NCBI GenBank assembly: GCA_003009755.1
Contig: PXUB01000025.1
Location: 144,877-172,346, forward strand
Direction: 5' to 3'
From: Thermoplasmatales archaeon SW_10_69_26
GTDB taxonomy: Archaea > Thermoplasmatota > SW-10-69-26
DNA: 27,470 nt
Part shown: one piece after another, positions 15,411-25,500 of the stretch
Position numbering within the stretch: the stretch's first letter is position 1
Layout: every line of letters starts with the position of its first letter
The notes under the pieces: model-generated
Seen by the model: the letters and a program-made list of their open reading frames with translations, nothing else
Told to the model about the DNA's origin: nothing
The model's database searches: none
Position numbers and translations under genes: made by a program

Positions 15411-16886
15411 ATGCCGATCGTCCTCGCCCTCGATCAAGGCACGACGGGCACGACCGCGCTCGCCGTCGACGAGGACCGCCAGGTCGAGGCCCGCCACACG
15501 GTGGACACGCCGCTGGAACACCCGCGCAAGGGCTGGGCGGAGAACGACCCCGAGGCGATCCTCGACGCGTGCGAGCAGGCGCTGGCCGGCGTGGTGGACG
15601 AGATCGACACCGACGAGGTCGAGGCGATGGGCATCACGAACCAACGCGAGACGACGCTGGCCTGGGACGCCGACAGCGGGGACGCGCTGGCCCCGGCCGT
15701 CAGCTGGCAGTGCCGCCGCACCGAGCCCCTGTGCCGCGAGCTCGAGGACCGGCCGGCGGCCGTGGCACGCATCCGCGAACGCACCGGGCTCGTCGTCGAC
15801 CCGTACTTCTCGGCGACCAAGATGCGCTGGCTGCTCGACAACGAGGCCCGCGTCGAGGCGGCGCTGGCCGAGGACCGGTTGCGGTTCGGCACGGTGGATG
15901 CCTTCGTGCTCGACCACCTCACCGGTCACCACCTCACCGACCCGTCCAACGCCTCGCGCACGATGCTGTACAACCTGCACGAGGGCACCTGGGACCCCGA
16001 GCTGGCCGAGCTGCTCGACCTCCCGCTGGAGCCGCTGCCCGCGATCCGCCCCTCCTCGGGCGGGTTCGGCGACGTCCACCCCGACACACGCCTGGGCGAG
16101 GCCCTGCCCGAGTTGCAGGGCGTGCCCGTGGCGGGCGTGGCCGGCGACCAGCACGCCTCCCTGTTCGGTCACGGCTGCTTCACGCCCGGCGAGTCGAAGG
16201 GCACGCTGGGCACCGGCGCCTTCTTCCTCGTCAACACCGGCGGGGAGGTGCTGATCCCGGAGGGCGGCGTCGTGGCCACGGTCGCCTGGGATCTCGGCGA
16301 CGGCCCGGTGTACGCGCTCGAGGGCTCGGCCTTCGCCTGTGGGTCGGCCCTGGAGTGGGCCTCCGAGGCCGGCTGGCTGCGTGATCCCACCTCGCTCGAC
16401 GAGCAGGCGGGCAGCGTCGACGACGCCGACGGGGCCACGTTCGTGCCGGCCTTCTACGGGCTGGGCGCGCCCTTCTGGGACGCCGACGCCCAGGCCGGAC
16501 TGATGGGCTTGTCCACGTCGACGACGCGCGACCACATCGCCCGCGCCGTCGCCGAGGGCCTCACCGCCCAGAACGCGCTGCTGCTGGACGCGCTGGCTGA
16601 GGCCGGCCAACCGATCGACGTCGTGCGCCTCGACGGCGGTGTCTCCCGCGCCGACGTGCTCTGCCAGCTGCTGGCCGATGCCACCGACCAGCGCGTGCTC
16701 CGCACCGAGGAGGGCGACCTCACCGCGCTGGGCGCGGCTGGGCTCGCCGGCCTGGCCGAGGGGGTCTGGACGCGCAAGGACCTGCGCGAGGACGCCACCG
16801 AGACGTTCACGCCCCGCGAGGAGGCGGCCTTCGTCGATCGATACAAGGCCGCCGCGCGCGGCATCGCCGACGTCGAGCTGACCTGA
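15411..16886 (+). CDS. glpK: Glycerol kinase (FGGY family)
   Basis: LALDQGTTGT, GITNQRETT, WQCRRT, DPYFSATKMRW, TDPSNASRT, GDQHASLFG, KGTLGTGAF, YALEGS, FVPAFYGLGAPFWD, DGG. Confidence 0.92.
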   Translation: MPIVLALDQGTTGTTALAVDEDRQVEARHTVDTPLEHPRKGWAENDPEAILDACEQALAGVVDEIDTDEVEAMGITNQRETTLAWDADSGDALAPAVSWQCRRTEPLCRELEDRPAAVARIRERTGLVVDPYFSATKMRWLLDNEARVEAALAEDRLRFGTVDAFVLDHLTGHHLTDPSNASRTMLYNLHEGTWDPELAELLDLPLEPLPAIRPSSGGFGDVHPDTRLGEALPELQGVPVAGVAGDQHASLFGHGCFTPGESKGTLGTGAFFLVNTGGEVLIPEGGVVATVAWDLGDGPVYALEGSAFACGSALEWASEAGWLRDPTSLDEQAGSVDDADGATFVPAFYGLGAPFWDADAQAGLMGLSTSTTRDHIARAVAEGLTAQNALLLDALAEAGQPIDVVRLDGGVSRADVLCQLLADATDQRVLRTEEGDLTALGAAGLAGLAEGVWTRKDLREDATETFTPREEAAFVDRYKAAARGIADVELT

Positions 16887-16986
16887 CCCGCCCGACGACC
16901 GTCCGCACCGCGAGGCGCGCGCCCGCAAAATTCGAGCCTAACTCCCGGCACCAGGTTCAAGCACGGGCACGCGATAGCCCGCCCCG

Positions 16987-17379
16987 ATGGCGCACTACCT
17001 CGTCCAGGCCTACCCCGACCACGCCTCGCTGCCCGACCTGCGCGAGCGCCTGCTCGAGGAGAAGATCGCCGACATCGATCCCTTCGGCGACGAGCTGCAG
17101 GACTGCCTGGAACGGGCCCGTCTGGATCCGAGCACGGGCAAGGCCGTTTGGGAGGAGGAGGACCACTGCTCGCCGCCCCTGGCCATGGAGCGCGAGGCCG
17201 TGCTCGACGAGCACTTCGACGAGATCGAGGTCGAGGAGGTCGATCCCGGCGAGGGCTGGGAGGCGATCGACGAGCTGCCCTCCCTGTGGTGGAATCCGGC
17301 CGAGGCCGAAAACCGCGACACCAGCGCCGACGAGGAGCCCCCTGGACCCGACCCGGGCGCCGATCGGCCGGACCTCTAG
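16987..17379 (+). CDS. Conserved hypothetical protein
   Basis: Acidic 130-aa ORF with family-like motifs MAHYLV, PFG, WEEEDHCSPPLAMEREAVLD, LPSLW. TATA-like GTTCAAG near -32. Confidence 0.8.
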   Translation: MAHYLVQAYPDHASLPDLRERLLEEKIADIDPFGDELQDCLERARLDPSTGKAVWEEEDHCSPPLAMEREAVLDEHFDEIEVEEVDPGEGWEAIDELPSLWWNPAEAENRDTSADEEPPGPDPGADRPDL

Positions 17380-17410
17380 GGTGTCCGTCGCCGGGGGCAA
17401 CGAGGGCATC

Positions 17411-17418
17411 CTTTTAGG
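17411..17418 (+). promoter_or_regulatory. TATA box of CARDB gene 1
   Basis: CTTTTAGG at -32..-25 from ATG 17443. Confidence 0.55.
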
Positions 17419-17442
17419 GCTCGGCGACGTGCGTTCATCCTG

Positions 17443-19590
17443 ATGTCGGCTCCGCGCTCGCACGGCTGGCTGCTCCTCGCCCTCGGGGCGATGCTCGTCA
17501 TGGCCCCCACCGCGATGGCTCAAGGCAGCGAGGATCTCCCCCCGATCATGCCCCAGGACCTCACCGCGGACCCCTCCTTCGAGAACGTGTCCGCCGAGAC
17601 GGAGGAGATGGCGTTCACGGTCCAGCTGACCGCCGTCGAGGAGGCCTACACCGGCGACTTCACCGTCGACCTCTCGATCGAGGAGGAGCGCGTGGCTCTC
17701 ATCGAGGACACGTGGACCGCCGGCACGCAGACGCGGAACGTCACCACCGACGAGGACGCCGACCAGGGACCGGGCACGTGGTCGCCCTCCGTCGGCCTGC
17801 ACCCGTTCAACCTGACCGTCTCCGCCGACGGCGAGTCCTTCCCCCTCGAGTTCAAGCTCCCAACCGGGCCCGACCTCACCGTGGAAGGCTCCGAACGCGG
17901 CGCCGAGCCCACCCTCGACGTCACGATGGAGCCCGCCGAGCCCGCCCCCGGCGACGAGGTGACCTTCCACCTCAACGTCACCAACCAGGGCTCGTGGGCG
18001 ACCCCCGAGGGCACCCCGGCGCCCGTGGCGTTGACGCTGGACGGCGAAGAGATCGGTCGGACCACCGTCCAGAACCTCGAGGCCGAGGAGGACACCCAGC
18101 TCACGTTCGCGGACGCCTGGACCGCCGAGGGCGGCCACCACACCATCGCCGCCACCGCCGCCAAGGACGCGTTCGAGGAGATCCTCGACGAGAACAACAA
18201 CGCCTCGATGGCCTTCACCGTGCAACAGCCCGGCCTCAGCGTGCGCGCTCTGGAGGCCAGCCCGAGCCCGGTGCCCGCCAACGGCAGCCTCACCCTGGAG
18301 GCCACGCTCGAGAACACCGCCTCCGAGCGGCGGGAGGCCAGCACGACCGCCGTCTACCTGGACGGCGAGTTGCACCGCGAGACCGACACCGAGGCGGTCG
18401 AGCCCGGGGAGACGACGAACGTCACCTGGCAGCTGGAGCCGGACGTCGGCGTGCACGAGCTCACCGTCCTGCCGGAAGCCGAGGACGCCCCCGACGAGCC
18501 GCCGGCCGACGCCAGCTCGGCCACGCGAACCGTCACCGTCGGTCCCGACCTGGCCGTGACCGGCGTCGGCACCGAGCCCGCGCAGCCGCTCACCGGCGAC
18601 GAGGTCACCGTCAACGCCACGGTCACGAACCGCGGAGCTGCGACGAACGGCTCGGTCCCCGTCGCCTTGATCGATCGGCTCGGGGACCAGACGTATGCGA
18701 GCACGAACGTCTCCGCGTTGGAGACCGGCGAGCGGACCGAGGTCGAGCTCACCCTCGAGCCCGAGGCCGGCGACTACGATCTCCTGTTCCAGATCGATCC
18801 CGAGGAGGCCATCGGCCAGGCCGAGCGCGGCAACGACCACGGGTTCGTCTCCTTCACCGTCCGCGAGCAGGAACCCGAGCTCGTGATCGAGTCGGTCGGG
18901 TTCGAGGACGAGCTGGTGCCCGGTCAACGCCGGCCCGCCCAGGTCACCGTCACCAACGAGGGCTCGGACACGGTCACCGATCTCGAGGCTCGCTTCCAGG
19001 TGGACGACACCCTGCTCGGCCAAGGGGCCGACGTGGGCAGCTTGGACCCCGACGAGACCGCGACCGTCGAGAGCCGCAACTGGACGGCCGAGGCCGGCGA
19101 GCACGAGCTGTCCGTCCGCATCGGCTCCCCGCACGACTTCGCCGCCGGCCACCCGCTGGTCTCGGCGACGCGGACCGTGACCGTCGCCGACGCCGACGCG
19201 AACCTGACCGTCGGCGAGCTGGCGACCGAGCCGGCCCGGCCCAGCCCCGGCGACGAGGTGAAGCTGTTGCTCGACGTCACCAACGAGGGCCCGGTGCCGG
19301 CGACCGGGTTCACCGTCGAGTTCACCGTGGACGGCGAGCGCATCGGCATGCGGACCGTCGACGAGCTCGCGCCCGGCGCCAACCGGACGCTGGAGAGCCC
19401 GGCGTGGACGCTGGACGCCGAGACGACCTCGGCCAGCGCCGTCGTCGCCCCGAACAGCGAGGACCTCGAGACGCGGGAGATCACCGCGACCCTCGCCGAG
19501 GCCTCCAGCGACGTGCCGGGGCCGGCCCCCGTCGCGATCCTCGCCGCGATCGCGTCGGCGGCCGTGGCCGGCGTCCGCCGGCGCGGGTAG
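17443..19590 (+). CDS. CARDB-repeat cell-surface protein 1 (~6 Ig-like domains)
   Basis: Signal peptide; PDL-V..N.G..D..E..NN type repeats; C-terminus DVPGPAP-hydrophobic-RRRG. Confidence 0.92.
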   Translation: MSAPRSHGWLLLALGAMLVMAPTAMAQGSEDLPPIMPQDLTADPSFENVSAETEEMAFTVQLTAVEEAYTGDFTVDLSIEEERVALIEDTWTAGTQTRNVTTDEDADQGPGTWSPSVGLHPFNLTVSADGESFPLEFKLPTGPDLTVEGSERGAEPTLDVTMEPAEPAPGDEVTFHLNVTNQGSWATPEGTPAPVALTLDGEEIGRTTVQNLEAEEDTQLTFADAWTAEGGHHTIAATAAKDAFEEILDENNNASMAFTVQQPGLSVRALEASPSPVPANGSLTLEATLENTASERREASTTAVYLDGELHRETDTEAVEPGETTNVTWQLEPDVGVHELTVLPEAEDAPDEPPADASSATRTVTVGPDLAVTGVGTEPAQPLTGDEVTVNATVTNRGAATNGSVPVALIDRLGDQTYASTNVSALETGERTEVELTLEPEAGDYDLLFQIDPEEAIGQAERGNDHGFVSFTVREQEPELVIESVGFEDELVPGQRRPAQVTVTNEGSDTVTDLEARFQVDDTLLGQGADVGSLDPDETATVESRNWTAEAGEHELSVRIGSPHDFAAGHPLVSATRTVTVADADANLTVGELATEPARPSPGDEVKLLLDVTNEGPVPATGFTVEFTVDGERIGMRTVDELAPGANRTLESPAWTLDAETTSASAVVAPNSEDLETREITATLAEASSDVPGPAPVAILAAIASAAVAGVRRRG

Positions 19591-19636
19591 GCCCGTTCCG
19601 ACGGGTTCATGGGGTCCTGGATGGGTTCTCGGCGCG

Positions 19637-19930
19637 ATGGCCGCCCACCTGCTCGTCGAGTACACCGCGCGGGACGACGCCGTCGACGAGGCCCAGGCGG
19701 CCGCTCGCCGCTTTTGGGAGGACTCGCTCGAGGAGCCCCACCTCGTCCGCCACGAGGCCCACCGGATCGGCGAGACGCGGACGTTCCTCCACGTGCTCGA
19801 ATTCGAGGACGCGCTCGCGCTCCGCGAGCACCGGGAGCGCCCGCACACGGAGACGTTCACCGAGGAGATCACCGAGCTCCTCGACGGCGAGCTCGACGTC
19901 CGCCGTCTGCACCCCGTGAGCGAGGGCTAG
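19637..19930 (+). CDS. Small ferredoxin-like-fold protein (ABM/putative monooxygenase-like)
   Basis: 97 aa; TFLHVLEFEDALALREHRERPHTETF fits the ABM pattern. Confidence 0.7.
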   Translation: MAAHLLVEYTARDDAVDEAQAAARRFWEDSLEEPHLVRHEAHRIGETRTFLHVLEFEDALALREHRERPHTETFTEEITELLDGELDVRRLHPVSEG

Positions 19931-19961
19931 GTCCGCCTGCCTGGGGCCTCGACCGCGAAGC

Positions 19962-19969
19962 CTTTTAAG
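19962..19969 (+). promoter_or_regulatory. TATA box of CARDB gene 2
   Basis: CTTTTAAG upstream of ATG 20000. ATG 19979 is too close to this box to lie in the transcript. Confidence 0.6.
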
Positions 19970-19999
19970 CTTCGAGCCATGGCTACATGTTCTGCGTCC

Positions 20000-22477
20000 A
20001 TGTCACACCTTCGGGTCATCGTCATCCTCGCGTCCTTCGCCGCGGCACTCGTGCTCGTCTCCGGCGGAGCCCAAGCTCAGCTCGACGACCCGGACCTCGT
20101 GGTCACCAACATCACCACCGACGAGACCCCCACGCCGGGTACCTCGACGCGGGTGCAGACCACGATCGAGAACCAGGGCGGCAGCCCTTCCAACGACTTC
20201 ACGGTGAACTTCACGCTCGATGGGGACCAGCTGGGCCAACCCGTCGACAACGGGAGCTTAGGCGAGGGCGAGAGCGCGGTCCTGAACTCCACGGTCCCCT
20301 GGACGGCCGAGGCCGGACAGACGCTCGTTGGCGTCAGCGTCGAGCACGACGACGGCGACTTCACGCAGGAGTCGAACACCGACAACAACGACGACAACCG
20401 CAGCTACACGATCGGGGCCGACCTGCGGGTCGACAGCTTCGATGTGGACCCGGTCGAGGTCGTCGAAGGCGACGAGATCGAGCTGACCGCCACGATCGAG
20501 AACGCAGCCGACCCCGAGGACGTGGCCCCCGACGCGGGCTCGTTCGAGGTCGGCTTCCCGATCGACGGCAGCAGCACGCTGGCCCCCGTCTCCGTCGAGG
20601 GGCTGGCCGCCGGCGAGTCGACGACCGTCTCGCGGACGTGGCCGACGACCGAGGGCGACGAAGGCCAGTACTCGGTCACCGCCGACGCCGACACCGACGA
20701 GGAGGTCGCCGACCGCGACCGGTCGAACAACGGTGCCGACGCGGTCACCGTGCAGGTCCGCAAGGCCCTGCCCGACCTCGTCGTCGCCGGCGCCACGTTC
20801 TCCCCCGACCCCGCCCAGGCCGACCGGCAGTTGACGTTCACCGCGGAGCTTCGCAACAATGGCCAGACCGACGCCGGCCCGCACAACGTTTCCCTGATCG
20901 TCGACGACGAGACCGTCGACCAGACCAGCGTCGACGGCCTCGACCAGGCCGGCCAACGCAACGTCTCCCTGACGTGGACCGCCGAGGCCGGCAACCACGA
21001 CATCGAGATCCGCACCGACGTCGACGACGCGATCGAGGAGACCAGCGAGGACAACAACCGGTGGACGCTCACGCTGCCCGTGGGCCCCGACCTGGTGCCC
21101 GACAGCCTCGACATCCAGCCGCCCGAGCCCCGCGCCGGCGACCGGGTGCGCTTCACCGTCCAGATCACCAACGACGGCCAGGCCGTCGACCAGCCGTTCT
21201 CCGTGTCGTTCGCGGTCGACGGGACGCCGATCAGCTCGGAGGAGCTCACCGGGCTCGACGGCGGCGAGGCCCGCAACGTCACCAGCATGCCCTGGAACGC
21301 GACCACCGGGGACCACGACGTGACCGCGATCGTCGACCCCGACGACGAGATCGGCGAGGTCGACCGGCAGAACAACCAGTTCGAGCAGTCCCTGACCGTG
21401 GGCGAGCCGCGCCCGAACGTGGTCGTGCTGTCCGCCAGCCTGGACCCCGTCGCCCCCGAAGACGGCGAGCAGGCGACCGTGCGAGCCAAGGTCGAGAACG
21501 CCGGCGCCCGCGAAGCCGACGCGTTCACCGTCCGCAGCCTCGTCGACGACGAGGAGAGCGGCCAAGCCAGTGTCGACGGGCTCGGCGCAGGCGAGACGAC
21601 CGACGTCGAGCTGGGCGAGTGGACGGCCGAGACCGGCTCCCACGAACTCGCCATCGAGGCCGACGTGGACGAGGAGATCGAGGAGGGCAACGAGCAGGAC
21701 AACCGGTTCGTCCGCGAGCTCGGCATCGGCGCCGACCTGGACCTGCTCGAACTGTCCGTCTCCCCCACCGACCCCGAACCGGGTGAGAACGTGACCGCGT
21801 TCGCGCTCGCCCAGAACAACGGCTCGGTCGCCACCGCGGCCACGAACGTCAGCTTCCACCTCGACGGCGATCGCATCGGGACGATCCCGCTGGACGGCTT
21901 GGGCCCCAACGAGCAAGGTAGCGCCGAGATCACGTTCACGGCGGCCCGCTCCGGCGCGCTCGAGGCGCGCCTCGACACCGACGACACCGTCGACGAGTAC
22001 GACGAGGACAACAACCAGGGCCAGCGAGCGATCGAGCTCGCCAGCGAGGCCCAACCGCCCGATCTCACGGTGCGCTCGGTCGCCAGCGAGGGCGACATCG
22101 GCCAGGACGACGAGGTCCGCTTCGTCGCCGCGATCGCCAACGAGGGCGCCGGGCCATCGCCCGAGGCGCTCGTCGAGTTCCGCGCCGACGGCGAGCCGAT
22201 CGGGGCCCCGGTGAGCGTCGACGGGCTGCCAGCCGGCTCGGCGACCAACGTGACGAGCCCGGCCTTCGAGCCCGACGGCGAGACCGAGCTCGAGGTCGTC
22301 GTCGACCCCAACGACGGCGTCGGCGAAGCCGACGAGACGAACAACGTCGTCACCGAGTCGATCGACGCCTCCGCCGCGGTCGGCGTCCCCGTTCCACCCA
22401 TCGCGGCGATCCTCGGCCTCTCGACGGCCGCTCTCGCGGCCCGCCGGCTCGGTGGGAGCAAGCGGAAACCTCCTTAA
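20000..22477 (+). CDS. CARDB-repeat cell-surface protein 2 (7 repeats)
   Basis: Signal peptide MSHLRVIVILASFAAALVLVSGGAQA. Repeats start at PDLV, GADLR, PDLV, GPDLV, PNVV, GADLD, PDLT. C-terminus GVPVPP-hydrophobic-RR. Confidence 0.93.
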   Translation: MSHLRVIVILASFAAALVLVSGGAQAQLDDPDLVVTNITTDETPTPGTSTRVQTTIENQGGSPSNDFTVNFTLDGDQLGQPVDNGSLGEGESAVLNSTVPWTAEAGQTLVGVSVEHDDGDFTQESNTDNNDDNRSYTIGADLRVDSFDVDPVEVVEGDEIELTATIENAADPEDVAPDAGSFEVGFPIDGSSTLAPVSVEGLAAGESTTVSRTWPTTEGDEGQYSVTADADTDEEVADRDRSNNGADAVTVQVRKALPDLVVAGATFSPDPAQADRQLTFTAELRNNGQTDAGPHNVSLIVDDETVDQTSVDGLDQAGQRNVSLTWTAEAGNHDIEIRTDVDDAIEETSEDNNRWTLTLPVGPDLVPDSLDIQPPEPRAGDRVRFTVQITNDGQAVDQPFSVSFAVDGTPISSEELTGLDGGEARNVTSMPWNATTGDHDVTAIVDPDDEIGEVDRQNNQFEQSLTVGEPRPNVVVLSASLDPVAPEDGEQATVRAKVENAGAREADAFTVRSLVDDEESGQASVDGLGAGETTDVELGEWTAETGSHELAIEADVDEEIEEGNEQDNRFVRELGIGADLDLLELSVSPTDPEPGENVTAFALAQNNGSVATAATNVSFHLDGDRIGTIPLDGLGPNEQGSAEITFTAARSGALEARLDTDDTVDEYDEDNNQGQRAIELASEAQPPDLTVRSVASEGDIGQDDEVRFVAAIANEGAGPSPEALVEFRADGEPIGAPVSVDGLPAGSATNVTSPAFEPDGETELEVVVDPNDGVGEADETNNVVTESIDASAAVGVPVPPIAAILGLSTAALAARRLGGSKRKPP

Positions 22478-22502
22478 ACGTAGACGGCTAGTTCGAACCC
22501 TC

Positions 22503-25500
22503 ATGCGCCTGGGGACCCTCGTGGCAGCGCTCACGCTCGTCTTCGCCGCCTTCACCCCGGTTGTCGGGGCTCAACCGGGCACCGCCGCTCCCGATATCGA
22601 GGTCACCGACGTCGGGTGGGACCAGCTCGTGCTGGACGAGCCCACGACCTTCACCGCCACGGTCCACAACGGCGGTGACGAGGCCCGCGAGGAGCCCTTC
22701 GACGTCGTGGTGAGCCTGGAGGACGCCGGCTTCGAGCAGACGGTCACGGTCGACCAGCTCAACGCCAGCGAGACCGTCACCGTGTCCACGCCCGAGCCCT
22801 GGACCGCGAACACCGGGCGCTACACGGTGAACGCGACCGCCGACGTCGACGAAGGCGGGACGCTGGACGAGAACCGGAACGCGAACAACCACCGCAACCG
22901 CTCGTTCGCGATCGGTCCCGACCTCACGCTGCACGAGATCCGCCTGGATCCGTCGACCCCGATCGAGGGCCAGGGCGTGCAGGTGTCGGCCAAGATCGAG
23001 AACGTGGCCCGGCGCGGCGAGCACGACATCCAGACGCCGTTCACCGTCTCCTTCGACGTCGAAGAGACCGAGGTCACGCTCACCACGGACCCGATCCAAC
23101 AGCTGCGCCCCAACGATCCCGTGTGGGTGCAGGCCAACCAGGCTTGGACGCCCGAGGAGGGATCCTACACGGTGAACGCCGAGGCCGATCCCGACGGGAA
23201 CGTGACCGAGATCAGCGAGGACAACAACACCGCCCAACGCGCCGTCACCGTGAAGGCGGCCCAGCCCGACCTCGTGCTCACCGACGTTTCCCCCAGCCAG
23301 CGGCCGGCTCCGGGCGACGAGGTCGCGGTCCAGGCGACGATCGAGAACCAGGGCACCGCGGACGTCACCGACGGCTTCGACGTCCGGTTCCGGATCAACG
23401 GGACCACGCACGGGCCCGACGTCGCTGCCGGGATCGACGAGGACGGGCTCCAGCCGGGCGAGAACGTGACGGTGAGCAGCCAGGCGTGGACCGCCAGCGA
23501 GGGCTCTCACCAGCTGGAAGCAATCGCCGATCCCGCCGACAACGTGACCGAGAGCCGCTCGGGGAACAACGAGCGGGTGCGCACCGTGCACGTGGGCCCC
23601 GACCTCGTCGTGTCCGACGTTCTGTGGACGCCGGACCCGACCGCCGTCCGCCACGAGACCTCGATCGAGGCTCGCGTCCTCAACCAAGGGACCGTGGACG
23701 TGACCGAGACCACGAGCCTCGACGTCGAGATCCCCGACGAGGTCTCGTTCAGCGCCGACGTGAGCCCGCTGGGGGCCGGCGACTCCGTGCAGCTCACCGT
23801 CGGCACGTGGGAGGCCCCCACCGAGAACACGACCTACCCGGTCGAGGCTCGGGCCGACGCCGACGAGGACGCGTCCGAGATCGACGAGGACAACAACCTC
23901 CGCGAGGAGCAGATGGTCGTGACCGAGGCCCGCCCGGACCTGGTGACCAGCGAGGTGCGCCTGGACCCGCCGACCCCGGCCTCGGGCGAGGACGCCCGGA
24001 TCGAGGCGACGATCGAGAACAACGGCTCGGCCGCGCCCGAGGAGGACATCGAGGTCCAGTTCCGCGTGGACGGCGAACCGGTCGGCGAGCCAGGCACGAT
24101 CGACAACGGCCCCGTCGAGGAGTTCGGGCCCGGGAGCTCGACCACCGTGACCAGCGACGCCTGGACGACGACGACCGGCGTCCACGAGGTCTCCGTCCAC
24201 GCCGACCCCGAGGGCAACGAGACCGAGATCCGCGAGGACAACAACGAGGCCACCCGCGAGGAGGCGATCGGTCCGGATGCCCAGCTCGTCGACATCGACC
24301 GCTCCCCCGAGGATGCCGACGTGGGCGAGACCGTCAACGTCGACGTGGTCGTCGCCAACGCCGGCACCGAGACGATCGACGACGTGCCCGTGGACGTCCT
24401 CGTCGACGGCGAGCCCGTCGGCAACGCCACCGCCGAGCAGCTCGAGCCCGGCGCCAACGCGACGGTCTCCGTCCCGTGGGCGAGCACCGAGGGCGACCAC
24501 ACGGTGCGCGCCGTCGCCGATCCGGGGGGCCTGGTCTCCGAGGCTCGCGAGGACAACAACGCCCGCGAGGAGAGCTTCTCGGCGACGACCAGCGCCGACC
24601 TGCAGGCCACCGCGATCCGATCCAGCGACGACCCGCGCACCGGCGACAAGCTGCGGTTCACCGCGCGCGTCGCCAACACCGGGACCGCGCCGGTGGAAGG
24701 CAGCTTCACGACGACGTTCCACGTCGACGACGAACCGATCGGGACGGTCGAGCTCGACGGCATGGGCGTGGGCAACTCCACGACCGCCGTCAGCGACACG
24801 TGGACGGCCGAACCCGGCAGCCACACGGTGCGCGTCGTCGTCGACGCCGACGACGCCGTGAGGGAGGAGGACGGCGAGGACGACAACGAGCGGACGACGC
24901 AGATCCGCGTCGCCGAACCCGACGGTGACCAGCCGACCCGGTCGGGCCCGGTGAACCTCACCGTGTCGGGCATCTCGGTGCCGGACCCCATCGCGCCGGG
25001 CGACGCCGTCACCTTCCTCGCGACGATCGGCAACGAGGGCGGCCAGCGCGCGCCGGTCACCGAGGCTCGCATCCTGATCGACGGCGAGGCCGTGGGCCAA
25101 CCCGAGGTCGACGAGCTGGGGGCCGGCCAGCGTATCTCGGTCACCAGCGACACCTGGAACGCCACGCGCGGCGAGCACACGATCACCGTGATCGCGGACG
25201 TGCTCGACGACGCGGACGAGAGCGACGAGGAGGACAACGAGCGCGTCAAACGCATCCAGGTCGGCAACGCCACCTCGCCCGACGAGGGCAACGAGGCCGA
25301 CGGCGGCTTGTCGCTGGGCCCGGTGTCCACGACCGAGCCAGTGCAGGCCGGCCAGACGACGCGTCCGACCGTCGAGGCCACGAACCGCGGCCCGGACCCG
25401 GTCGACGTGACCGTGACGTTCTACATCGACGGCTCGCAGCTGGGCGAGGCCAGCCTCGTCGGGCTCGACCCCGGGCAGACGGCGACGCTCGAGGGGCCCG

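Noticed and set aside
14406-16928. 840-aa ORF
   Set aside because: The N-terminal part is antisense to glpK; only 14406-15164 (AlaX-like) has motifs.
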